A stretch of DNA of 35,067 nt from Fibrobacteria bacterium (lineage in GTDB: Bacteria > Fibrobacterota > Fibrobacteria > UBA11236). A program made the translations under genes and the position numbers. Shown in pieces: positions 1 through 9,148 of the stretch (positions are counted from its first letter, which is position 1; each line of letters begins with the position of its first letter). Below the pieces are notes generated by a model that ran no database searches, was not told the origin of the DNA, and saw nothing but the letters and a program-made list of their open reading frames with translations. The stretch is taken from the NCBI GenBank assembly GCA_043732185.1, contig JAYTHY010000051.1, positions 1 through 35,067 on the forward strand. Direction: 5' to 3'.

Positions 1-3000
1 TGATTTGGGAATAAATGTTTGGGCGGAGGAACCTGTAAATGCAAGGGCGCCGGTGCCAGCAGTAATGGCGCCGCCGGATTGGAAGTCCGCATTTCCGGAG
101 TTGATGGTCAGGGTGTTGCTGGAGAAACTAAATGTACCGGTATATCCGGAAGTAAACGTAATGGCTTTGACAGAAGCTGCGACATCCAGGGTGGCAGCCG
201 ATGATGTTGCATTAAAGGAAACGACGTCCGTAGTGGCCGGGACATAATCGCTGGTCCAGTTATTGGCCGAGGACCAAAGACCATCGCCTGCTCCGCCGTC
301 CCAACCTACGTTAAAAATCCAGTTATTATTGCTGCCCATATTGGCGCAACTCGTGCAAGTGCCGGGACCAGTTGAGGTGGAGGCGTCGCTGAAATCCACG
401 GAGGCAAACGACCCAGTGAGGGCGCCAGTTACAGTTAATGTCCAAGCCGCGCCAGGGTTGAGGTTGATGCGGTTGGCACTGGAAGTTCCGGTGAAGGAAG
501 CTGCGCCACCTACCGTTAAGGTGCGCCCTGTTATACCAGTGAAAGTGGTGGCCGTACCATTGGTCACGGTGAAGTTGCCGGTAGTGGTGATATTGCGGCC
601 ATTGAAATCTAAGCTGCCTGCATTTTGCGAGAAGGAGGCGCAATTGAGAGTATTGGTGGCAAGCTGCAGGGTACCGGCGCTGTTATGGGTGATGGCCGGA
701 TGGGCAACGGTGACCTTGGGGGTTAAAATCTGGGTGCCACTGGATTTATTCAACGCCAAGATGCCGGTACCGGGAGTCAGGGTGCTAAGGCCAGCCAAGT
801 TGGCATCGCCAGAGACTTGCAAAGTGCTGGTACCGAAGTTAAGTGTCCCGGCAGTCGTGGCCAGCGCCGTGACCTGGTGAGTAAGACCGGTTCCCAGGGC
901 GAAGGTGCCGGAGGTGATGGTCAAAACATCCGCGGTGAGGTTGTTGGTGGCGATAGTAGTTCCGCCAGCGCCATTTTGATTGAGGCTCGGATGTGTGGTA
1001 GAAGCCTTGGGCGTAAAGGTCTGGGCAGAGCCTCCGCTGAACTCCAAAGTGCCGGAAGTATTTGAGAGGGTGGTAAGCCCATTCAGGTTGACAGTGGCGG
1101 CAGCGACCTTAAACGTGGAGGAAGAGAAGTCAAGGCCACCACCGGTTATGGTCAAGGCGGTAGAGACAGTATGCACGCGACTGGTTCCAAGGTTTAGTGT
1201 ACCAGCGGTAATGGTGAGGGTGGGAGTGGTGAAATCGTACGAACTTACAGTAGTGCCGCCTGCGCCGTTCTGGGTCAGGTTCAATGCCGTAACCGAAGAC
1301 TTGGGTGTATAGGTTTGGGCAGAACTGCCGGTGAAGGTTAATGTGTTGGAAGAAGTTGCCGTGATGGTGGCACTGGAGAGATTGACATTTCCAGTGGCAT
1401 TGAGGTTGGACGAGGCGAAGTCGAGCCCACCGGCACCTGAGATGGCTGCAACGGTATGCGTGAATCCGGCTCCCAAGTTCAAGGTACCGGAGGTCAAGTT
1501 AAGATTTCCGGCCGTCAAGGCATTGATGGTAATGGTAGTTCCGCCCGCGCCGTTTTGGGTGATGGTGGGGAAGGTGGCTCCAGATTTGGGAATAAAGGTT
1601 TGAGCTGAGCTGCTGGTAAAGGCCAGCGTTCCAGTACCGGCCGTGAGGGTACCACCGGAACTGAAGTCGGCATTGCCATTGAGGATACTGAGGGTATTGG
1701 AAGAGAAGCTAAATGTACCCGTGTAGCCGGAAGTAAAAGAGATAGATTTAACACTGGCAGCCGCATCCAAAGTGGCAGCAGTGGCTGTGCTATTGAAGAT
1801 AACGGCATCCAACGATGTGGGGACTGAGTTGCTGGCCCAGTTGGTGGCTGTGGTCCAGTTGGCATCTCCTCCGCCACCGGTCCAGGTCACTCCGAAAGTC
1901 CAGTTGGTAGTGCTGCCGCCATTGGCACAGTTGGAACAGGTAACGGTACTGTAGCCACTCGCATCGCTGTAATCGACGCTGGCCAAAGAAACGGAGGCTG
2001 TTCCAGTGGTTCTCAGATACCACGGCGACCCCGGATTCAAATCAAGACGATCGGAACTGGAAGCGCCAGATAATGTTGCATTTCCCGCGACTGTAACAAT
2101 GCGCCCCACCAATCCGCTTATGCTGGTGGAGGTGCCATTGTTGAGAGTGAAATTTCCACTATTATTCGTGGTAAAATTGTAACTGTTGAAATTAATTGTG
2201 CCCGCGGATTGGGTGAAGCTTCGGCAAAGCATACTGGCATTCATCAATCTGAGCGTGCCGGCGCCGGTATGAGTGATGTGGGGATGTGTGGTAGCAGCCA
2301 AAGCTTCCACGCTTTGAATTCCTGATGCAGCCGTAAATCCCAAAGTGGAACTGGCACCAGCCGTCAAGGTGGCCAAACCGGAGAATACGGCGTTTCCAAC
2401 AGTAACATTGAGGGTACTGGTACCAAAGTCCAAAGTCGCTACTCCGCCTGAACTGGTGACGGATCCGATGGAATGCGTGAGGGACCCCATATCCAGTCCG
2501 CCGTCGGTGAGTGACAGGATGGAAGCTACCTGCAGGGGATTATTCACCACCGTCCAGGCGCCACCGGAACCGTTGACGGTCAAATTATACAGCGTTGGAA
2601 AGATGTCCAAATTCTTTCCCGTAGCGGTGCCATTCAAAACGAGTGTCCCGTTGTTATGGACAAGCGTGGATCCAGAGGCGATGGTCAAACTGCCGGTAAC
2701 AGAAAAGGTTCCCGATGGTGCACTCAATGTGCCTGAGGTCATGGAAACATTGCCATTTACAACTAAGGCGCCGTTGCTGGCAGTGAGTGTTCCTGTCGAT
2801 ACAGCTAGGTTGCCTGATACCGTGACGGTGCGTGTGCCAATATTAAATTCACCTGCTGTTACATTTAGGTTTCCCGATAAGAGATCATAGCTGGACAAGG
2901 TGGTTGTTCCGGTTCCCGATTGAAGTATTTGCGGAAGAGTGTAGGTGGATTTCGGTGTAAAGGCTTGGGCGGAGCTTCCCGTGAATTCCAGTGTCCCGGT

Positions 3001-6000
3001 GCCAGCTGTCACGCCGGATAGGGAATTAAAATTCACTGTCCCACCCGCCAACCGCAATGTCGAAGAGCCAAAATCTAAGCTGCCACCGGTAAAACTAGGT
3101 GAAGCAGTAAAGATGTGAATCAAGGAGGCGCCAAGATTTAAGGCGCCATTAGTCAAGGTCAAGGCCGAACCGGTGATTCCGTTTGTTACCAGGGTCCAGC
3201 CTCCGCCTGAACCTGCAAAGGTAAGGTTATTTACGGTCGAGAGAATATTTACGGTTTTTCCCGTAGCCGTGGCATCAAAAGTAATGGTTCCGCTGCCTGG
3301 GGTTAAGCTGCCCCCGGTTTGAGCAAAATTTCCTCCTGCATAGAAGACCCTGGCGCCTCCCGGACAGGTCAAGGTACCGGCGGTCATTGTGAAATTACCA
3401 TTAACGTCCATGTCACCGGTGGAGGATGAAATCGTTCCGCCTGTTTGATTGAAAGTATTAACCGTAAGCGTTCGCACATTGGTGGAAAGGTCCAACGTGC
3501 CTGCAGTCATGGCAAAGGTTCCGTTTACGGTAAGGTGTGAAGTTGCCGTCCAGGCTCCGCCAATTCCATTGAGCGTTAGATTGTTGAAGCTTCCGGCCGC
3601 ATCAATTGATTTTCCCGTGGCCGTTCCATTGAAAACCACCGTTCCGGAATTCATATTAACCGTCGCTCCTGAATGGGTATAGGAGCCCCCGATTGAGAAG
3701 CTACCACTGGGATTTGTTACAGTACCTGAGCTGAAAGTGACATTACCTGCGATACCTAAAGAACCACTTCCTGCATCCAGGAAACCGCCGTTGACTTGCA
3801 AATTTCCGCTGGCTGTTATCGTTAAGGCATTCGTAGAAATGTCAAAGGCACCGGCCGAAATATCCAAGTTGGCGGTGGACAGGTTGTTTGAAACCAGCAC
3901 AACCGTTCCGGAACCGGATTTAGCAATGGAAGGAAAGGTGGAACCGGCTTTGGGTGTAAAAGTCTGGGCGGAACTTCCTATGAAATTGAGCGTACCTGTG
4001 CCAGGGGTAAGCGTACTAAGTAAATGCAAATCAACTGTCGCGGCCTGCACACCTAAAGTCGAGGAACCAAAATTAAGTTCGCCTCCCGTCAAAGACAATG
4101 TGTTGGAAACAATATGGGTAAGACCGGTTCCCAAGTTCAGGACACCGGCAGTCAGAGTAAGACTGTTGAGTGAATTGGCGCTGGAAAGCGTCCAGGTTCC
4201 CGTGCCCACTTTTGTCAAATCGCCGGTACCCGAACCAAGGACGCCTGCAAAGGTACCACCGCTGCTACCTCCCAGCGTCAATCCGAAGGCTGCGCCGGAA
4301 ATGGTACCCGTATTGCTCAGGGCAATGGTGCCGGATTGACCTACAATACTGGTAGCCCCTGCTAGGGAAATTTGTCCTACAAAAGTTGCCGGCGTGGCGC
4401 TGGTATTGATCAGCGCGCCTTCAGTGGATACGCCAGTTCCATTCAGATTCAATGTTTCGGTCGTGGTATAATTCTGCCCGTTGAGGTCTAAATTGGCTCC
4501 GGTAGAAACATAGGTGCCTGAGGCATTGCTCCCTAATGCGGAGGTGCTGCCCAATTTTAAGCTGCCTGCATTGACGGAGGTGGAACCGGTGTAGGTATTG
4601 GCACCGGACAAGGTAAGTGTGCCTGTGCCGGATTTTGTCACATAGCCGGTTCCGGAAATAACACCGGCATAGGCCCCTGGACTGCTATTGTCTCCACCAA
4701 TGGTAAGCGTTGCTGCCCCCAGGGTAATGTCACCACCGGTTGCACCGCCGCCGGTTAAGGAGCCTATGGAGTTAGCATAACCGGTTATATCTAGACTGGT
4801 GCCAGCGACATTGGCCAGCGTCACAGCGGAATTGACACCAAAGGCCTGGGCTGAACCGGCTGCCAAGGTTCCTGCGTTCACGGTGGTTGACCCGGTATAG
4901 GTGTTGGCCCCGGAAAGTGTCCAGCTTCCAGTTCCAGCCTTAGTCAAGCTTCCCGTGCCTGTGGATATTATTCCGGAAAGGGTACCATTCGCGCTCCCTG
5001 ACAATGTCAAATCGAAGGTCCCGCTGATTGAACCGGTCAATGAAATCTGTCCACTAGCGGCTACTATGCTACTGGCACTTGCCAAGGTGATGTTTCCTGA
5101 AAGGCTTGCCGAGGTACCAACGCCATTCATTATTGCACCACCGCTGGAGATGCCGGTACCATTCACGGTTATCGCTTCTGCACCCACAGTTTGGCCATTT
5201 AAGTCCAAGGTCCATCCGGAAGCAATTGTGGTTCCTCCACTTGTACTTCCCAAGGCAGACGCACTCCCCATTTTTATTTTTCCGGAACTGATAGTGGTCT
5301 GGCCCCCATAGGTATTGGCCCCCGACAGAGTGAGGGTGCCTCCACCCAGCTTGGTAACATCTACGGTACCAGAACTATTGCCGATGGTTCCGGAAAAGGT
5401 CGTAGAAGTGCCGTCACTGCCAATCGAAAGAGTATAAGTACCCGCTCCGCTGGTATTGTTTACCGTACCTGATCCGGCCAACGACCCGATTCCTTCAGTA
5501 TAGCCACCTAGATCTAACGTGCCGTTAACGGTTACGGCGCTTCCATCATAAATAACCCCTGCGGCCCCTAGTTTCAGTGTTGATCCAGAGTTAATTGTTG
5601 TTGCACCGGTGTAGGTATTTGTTCCGTTTAGAATGAGAGTGCCGGCGGCACCCATTTGGGCCACGGCGCCCGTACCAGCGATAACGGTTGCAAAATCTGT
5701 ACCTTGCGTGATGGTATTGGTGCGGTTGAAAGCCAGCGTTGCATTGTTGGTAATGCCGCTGCTCGAGGAAAGAGCGCCAGTCGTTCCACCATTGCCGATT
5801 TGCAGCGTGCCGGAAGACACTGTGGTTGCACCCGTATAAGTGTTTGTGCCGGTAAGCGCTAGAGTGCCTGATCCAGTCTTTGTCATTGCTCCGGTTCCAG
5901 AGAGGACACCAGCATAGGCCGCCGGACTCGTGCCGTCGCCGCCTATTGTCAAAGCAGCTGCCCCAAGGATGACATTGCCCCCAGATCCGCCTCCTCCAGT

Positions 6001-8256
6001 CAAGGACCCAATGGAGTTGGAGAAGCCGGTGATATTGAGGCTGGTGCTTGCGGCATTGGCTATAGTCACTGCGGAGTTGACACCAAAAGCTTGTGTCGAT
6101 CCCGCCGCAAGGGTTCCTGCATTCACGGTTGTCGTACCCGTATAAGTATTGGACCCTGACAAAGTCAAAGTTCCCGTACCGGTTTTGGTCACTCCCCCGG
6201 TGCCGGATATGATTCCACTATATGGCCCAGGGCTACTATTGTCCCCGCCTACGGTCAAGGTCGCGGCCCCCAGAGTCACGTCACCGCCTGAGCCACCGCC
6301 ACCTGCCAAGGATCCAATTGAAGTGGAAAACCCCGTGATATTGAGTAGCGCACCTGCGGCGTTGATCAGCGTTACCGCCGAATTCGAACCAAAGGCTTGG
6401 CTCGAACCGGCCGCCAGGGTTCCTGCATTCACGGTTGTTGCTCCAGAGTAAGTATTTATCCCATTTAACATTAGGGTTCCTGTCCCCGCCTTGGTAATGC
6501 CGCCCGTTCCGCTGATTACCCCGCCTAGAGTCAAAGTGGAGGCCGAGACTGTGATTTGTCTTGCCCCTGAACCCAAAGAAATGGCACCGGTTCCGATGTT
6601 CAGTGCCTGTGAACCTGAAAACGTAAAGTTGCCAGTCCATGTTTGTGGATTATTAGAGGTGAGGGTTATGGAACCGGCAGAAGTATTATCAAGGGTCATA
6701 CCAGCTGCAATAGTTAAAGTACTGGCAGAACCACCCAAAGCCGTGGTGCTGTTGACGTTTATGGTACCGGCATTCAAATTAGTTCCACCAGTATACGTAT
6801 TCGCGCCACTTAATGTCCAAGTACCGGTCCCGGCCTTCGTCACTGCAGTGGTGCCGGAGCCATTAACTATAGTGCCTGAAAGTACTCCCCCACTGGCTGT
6901 AGAGCCTTGCAAAGTCAGGATCTTGCTACCCACTCCAGTCGCAGTAAGCGCACTGGTGAAAGTCAAAGTACCCGATCCGCTTTGATCTACACTGCCGCCA
7001 CCAGTGGTACCTGCTAGATTGAGAACCCGATCGGTGGATTGGACCGCGCCCGTATATACAAGTGTGCCTGTCGTTGTTGTGCTGCCCAATGCGATGGTGC
7101 CATTGCCTGCCGTGGTTGGCGCACCCAGAGCACTTGATCCGGCCGAAACGGATTTTATAGTATTTACACTCAGTATGCCGTCAGCGATGATGGTTATCCC
7201 CGTATAAGTATTCGAACCGGACAATGTCCAAGTACCCGGGTCCTGCTTAGTGAGAGACCCTGTTCCTATTCCCACCACACCGGAAATGGATCCACCTGCC
7301 CCACCGCCCAGCGTCAGATTTAAACTGGACGCGGAAACACTTCCGCTGATATCGATAGTTCCGCCGCCGCCTTTGATACTGGCTGCGGTGCCAAGGGTTA
7401 TGTTACCCGCATACGTCGCGGGTGCGGCACTGTCATTCACAAGGGCACCAATATTTCCAGGGCCCAGGCCATTCAGAGTGAGGTTTTCCGAGGATAAATA
7501 AACTTGGCCATGTAAATCCATGGCAGCACCAGTTGAAATGGTTGTCCCACCGGAAGTGGAGCCTAAGGCCGAGGCATTATTCAATATCAGTTTTCCACTG
7601 GAGACGGAAGTTGAGCCTGAATACGTGTTGGCTCCGTAGAGAACCAAATTTCCAGTGCCGGATTTTGTCAAGTTGCCGCTTCCACTGATGATTCCATCCA
7701 ATTCGGTATTGCCATTACTGGACACAGTCAATGCAAAGCTTCCCATCGATATCGCGCCAGTGATGACCAGCAGTCCTCCTGAAGTTGTGGCGATGGTGGC
7801 GCCGGAGGTGGTGATCGTTATGGCATTGGAAATTGTCATCACGCCACTTGAAACGCTGCTGGAGATGGCCGTGGCCCCGCCACTCAGTTGTAACGAATTG
7901 CCTCCAATGACAAAAGGGCCGGAGCCGCCACTAAAACTAATCGAGTTGAATGTAGTGCCCGAAGTAAAATCATTGTTAGGAGTCAATCGTGTAGTTCCAG
8001 CGAAAACGATGTCGTCACCGGCTGATGGCGCAACACTTCCGACCCAATTTGCCGCCGTAGTCCAGTTGTCGCTGGCGCCGCTGCCATTCCATGTTCGCGT
8101 AACCGCAGAAGCAAATCCGACAAGTATAAAAAGGATAAATATTGATTTTGACATTAGGGGCACTCGAGAAATTCTATAGTCACGATTGTGACCGAAAAGA
8201 CCAGCAATGGCCCAGTTGCTTTCCGGTTTTTGAATTTTCCAAATGCGATGAATCAT
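1..8256 (-). CDS. Giant secreted beta-helix / PATR-repeat adhesin-like protein, 5' part only (>2752 aa, open through position 1)
   Basis: One frame stays open from ATG 8256 (AGGA SD just upstream) or ATG 8154 to the window edge, which is why the track omits it. Signal peptide MSKSIFILFILVGFASA is followed by TRTWNGSGASDNWTTAANW. The protein is G/T/S/A-rich with about 11 xTKxGxGTLxLSGxNTYTGxTxVxxGxL motifs. Confidence 0.93.
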   Translation of the reverse strand, partial: MIHRIWKIQKPESNWAIAGLFGHNRDYRISRVPLMSKSIFILFILVGFASAVTRTWNGSGASDNWTTAANWVGSVAPSAGDDIVFAGTTRLTPNNDFTSGTTFNSISFSGGSGPFVIGGNSLQLSGGATAISSSVSSGVMTISNAITITTSGATIATTSGGLLVITGAISMGSFALTVSSNGNTELDGIISGSGNLTKSGTGNLVLYGANTYSGSTSVSSGKLILNNASALGSTSGGTTISTGAAMDLHGQVYLSSENLTLNGLGPGNIGALVNDSAAPATYAGNITLGTAASIKGGGGTIDISGSVSASSLNLTLGGGAGGSISGVVGIGTGSLTKQDPGTWTLSGSNTYTGITIIADGILSVNTIKSVSAGSSALGAPTTAGNGTIALGSTTTTGTLVYTGAVQSTDRVLNLAGTTGGGSVDQSGSGTLTFTSALTATGVGSKILTLQGSTASGGVLSGTIVNGSGTTAVTKAGTGTWTLSGANTYTGGTNLNAGTINVNSTTALGGSASTLTIAAGMTLDNTSAGSITLTSNNPQTWTGNFTFSGSQALNIGTGAISLGSGARQITVSASTLTLGGVISGTGGITKAGTGTLMLNGINTYSGATTVNAGTLAAGSSQAFGSNSAVTLINAAGALLNITGFSTSIGSLAGGGGSGGDVTLGAATLTVGGDNSSPGPYSGIISGTGGVTKTGTGTLTLSGSNTYTGTTTVNAGTLAAGSTQAFGVNSAVTIANAASTSLNITGFSNSIGSLTGGGGSGGNVILGAAALTIGGDGTSPAAYAGVLSGTGAMTKTGSGTLALTGTNTYTGATTVSSGTLQIGNGGTTGALSSSSGITNNATLAFNRTNTITQGTDFATVIAGTGAVAQMGAAGTLILNGTNTYTGATTINSGSTLKLGAAGVIYDGSAVTVNGTLDLGGYTEGIGSLAGSGTVNNTSGAGTYTLSIGSDGTSTTFSGTIGNSSGTVDVTKLGGGTLTLSGANTYGGQTTISSGKIKMGSASALGSTSGGTTIASGWTLDLNGQTVGAEAITVNGTGISSGGAIMNGVGTSASLSGNITLASASSIVAASGQISLTGSISGTFDLTLSGSANGTLSGIISTGTGSLTKAGTGSWTLSGANTYTGSTTVNAGTLAAGSAQAFGVNSAVTLANVAGTSLDITGYANSIGSLTGGGATGGDITLGAATLTIGGDNSSPGAYAGVISGTGYVTKSGTGTLTLSGANTYTGSTSVNAGSLKLGSTSALGSNASGTYVSTGANLDLNGQNYTTTETLNLNGTGVSTEGALINTSATPATFVGQISLAGATSIVGQSGTIALSNTGTISGAAFGLTLGGSSGGTFAGVLGSGTGDLTKVGTGTWTLSSANSLNSLTLTAGVLNLGTGLTHIVSNTLSLTGGELNFGSSTLGVQAATVDLHLLSTLTPGTGTLNFIGSSAQTFTPKAGSTFPSIAKSGSGTVVLVSNNLSTANLDISAGAFDISTNALTITASGNLQVNGGFLDAGSGSLGIAGNVTFSSGTVTNPSGSFSIGGSYTHSGATVNMNSGTVVFNGTATGKSIDAAGSFNNLTLNGIGGAWTATSHLTVNGTFAMTAGTLDLSTNVRTLTVNTFNQTGGTISSSTGDMDVNGNFTMTAGTLTCPGGARVFYAGGNFAQTGGSLTPGSGTITFDATATGKTVNILSTVNNLTFAGSGGGWTLVTNGITGSALTLTNGALNLGASLIHIFTASPSFTGGSLDFGSSTLRLAGGTVNFNSLSGVTAGTGTLEFTGSSAQAFTPKSTYTLPQILQSGTGTTTLSSYDLLSGNLNVTAGEFNIGTRTVTVSGNLAVSTGTLTASNGALVVNGNVSMTSGTLSAPSGTFSVTGSLTIASGSTLVHNNGTLVLNGTATGKNLDIFPTLYNLTVNGSGGAWTVVNNPLQVASILSLTDGGLDMGSLTHSIGSVTSSGGVATLDFGTSTLNVTVGNAVFSGLATLTAGASSTLGFTAASGIQSVEALAATTHPHITHTGAGTLRLMNASMLCRSFTQSAGTINFNSYNFTTNNSGNFTLNNGTSTSISGLVGRIVTVAGNATLSGASSSDRLDLNPGSPWYLRTTGTASVSLASVDYSDASGYSTVTCSNCANGGSTTNWTFGVTWTGGGGDANWTTATNWASNSVPTSLDAVIFNSTATAATLDAAASVKSISFTSGYTGTFSFSSNTLSILNGNADFSSGGTLTAGTGTLAFTSSSAQTFIPKSGATFPTITQNGAGGTTITINALTAGNLNLTSGTLNLGAGFTHTVAAISGAGGLDFASSNLNATGNVNLSSATITATSSNTLTFTGSSAQTYTPKSSVTALNLTQNGAGGTTVSSYDFTTPTLTITAGTLNLGTSRVHTVSTALTITGGGLDFSSSTFKVAAATVNLNGLTTLSNTSGTLEFSGGSAQTFTPKASTTHPSLNQNGAGGTTIATNNLTADVLTITSGTFALGTGLTHQVTALATTAGTLNFGTSTLQVSGDANLAGLSTLTPGTGILALNKSSGTQILTPKVTVAHPAITHNSAGTLQLATNTLNCASFSQNAGSLDFNGRNITTTGNFTVTNGTATTFTGITGRTLTVGGAASFTGTSSANRINLNPGAAWTLTVTGALTGSFASVDFSDASTSTGPGTCTSCANMGSNNNWIFNVGWDGGAGDGLWSSANNWTSDYVPATTDVVSFNATSSAATLDVAASVKAITFTSGYTGTFSFSSNTLTINSGNADFQSGGAITAGTGALAFTGSSAQTFIPKS
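301..1884 (-). repeat. One complete 527-aa super-module of the giant protein, containing ~95-98-aa sub-repeats
   Basis: The boundary motif CxxCANxGSxxNWxFxVxWxGGxGDxxWxxAxNW occurs at 1927-1938 (CSNC) and 346-357 (CTSC), exactly 1581 nt apart. SAQT(F/Y)xPK-type motifs recur at ~1590, 1305, 1010 and 720. Confidence 0.85.
4190..7680 (-). repeat. Array of ~11 passenger-associated transport repeats (autotransporter-associated beta-strand repeat)
   Basis: Examples: LTKSGTGNLVLYGANTYSG (~7670), VTKAGTGTWTLSGANTYTG (~6845), VTKTGTGTLTLSGSNTYTG (~6190), LTKAGTGSWTLSGANTYTG (~4950), VTKSGTGTLTLSGANTYTG (~4640). The last copy (~4220) is degenerate. Confidence 0.9.
4600..6455 (-). repeat. Three closely related ~101-aa units within the PATR region (~6150-6455, ~5845-6150, ~4600-4905)
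   Basis: Each unit reads TTVNAGTLAAGSxQAFGxNSAVT...SIGSLxGGGxxGGxxxLGAATLTxGGDxxSP; the similarity is also visible in the DNA (repeated 'ggttcctgc(a/g)ttcacggt'). Confidence 0.85.
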
Positions 8257-8294
8257 CCAATTCCTAAAATCCCGGGTTGTCGGGACCTTAGATT

Positions 8295-8321
8295 GTATCG
8301 GCAGGAAGCAAAATTAGGGAA
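8295..8321 (-). promoter_or_regulatory. Possible sigma-28 (FliA/WhiG)-type -10 element for the giant gene
   Basis: GCCGATAC at 8302-8295 (consensus GCCGATAA), 38 nt before ATG 8256; the -35 match is poor. Confidence 0.4.
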
Positions 8322-9012
8322 GAACTAATAGTAGCCAAAGGCAAATCAATCGAATTTCTGTGACATGGATCACCCAAAATCTCATGAGAAAATTTGATGC
8401 CCTGGTGCGCCTATCAGTAAAATACTGGATTATAAACCAGCCCATTTATCCTCCTGCGTCAATATTTTTGTGGATAGTCACCCCAAAAGCCCAATTCAAA
8501 ATTACCTGAGCTGCTAGTTTCCACCTGATTTTGACCTTTTTAACAGGATCACTCGTGGGATTGACTAGCCTGATTTTGGGGGGAATGCCATGCCCGGTCT
8601 GTGAATTTATCCATCTAGAATGATGCTGAATTGTCCAAGCTGACTAGTGGATTATTTTGATTACTTCATGAGTTGATAGGGAATGAGATCCGGGACAAAT
8701 CCTTTTCGCATTAAATTTTTGTTTTTGGTAGGCAAAAATGACTCCTTTAGGGCAAGGATATTGCACTAAAAATGGGTTTTTTTAGTACTTAAGATATTAC
8801 TGCCGGGGTGGCGGAAATAAATACCACAAAAAATTTATGAGTTAAAAAAAATATTCTTTAAATTTCTAAATGTGGGTGTTTATACCCTTTCATACTCTAT
8901 GGTTTGATCGCTTCAGAGCATTCCTGGAAACCTATAATCATATAGGGTGTCTTACGCGCTACCTGTCCTGTTAAAAATCATGATTATTTTACTTGGCTAA
9001 TCTTCCTGCCGA
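8298..9012. repeat. 11-bp perfect inverted repeat bracketing the divergent promoter region
   Basis: tcggcaggaag at 8298-8308 and cttcctgccga at 9002-9012; an additional attag/ctaat match lies just inside, with a 4-nt offset. Confidence 0.75.
8750..8765 (+). promoter_or_regulatory. Possible sigma-54 -24/-12 promoter
   Basis: gGGCAaGgataTTGCA has exact GG-N10-GC spacing and 2 mismatches to TGGCACG-N4-TTGCW; it lies ~385 nt upstream of pilin 1. Confidence 0.3.
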
Positions 9013-9083
9013 GTTCCATACTTTAATCATGCGCAAATATCTGTGGGTGCATAAAAAAGGACAATTTATTTTTGGAAAACATC

Positions 9084-9111
9084 TCAAGTCAGCCAAAAAG
9101 TAAACCGATAG
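9084..9111 (+). promoter_or_regulatory. Possible sigma-28-type promoter for the pilin operon
   Basis: TCAAG-N15-ACCGATAG, ending 37 nt before ATG 9149. Confidence 0.45.
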
Positions 9112-9148
9112 AATATGTACTCATCAACCTCAACTAAGGAGAATCAAA

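Noticed and set aside
5..8179. Many + strand ORFs rich in V/P/A (e.g. 263-880, 2345-2890, 3737-4339, 7655-8179)
   Set aside because: They are antisense shadows of the Gly/Thr/Ser-rich giant gene on the - strand.
8335..8400. AAAGGCAAA...CGAA resembling the start of a c-di-GMP-I riboswitch
   Set aside because: There is no closing stem or GACGCAAA segment, and it is antisense to the nearest gene.
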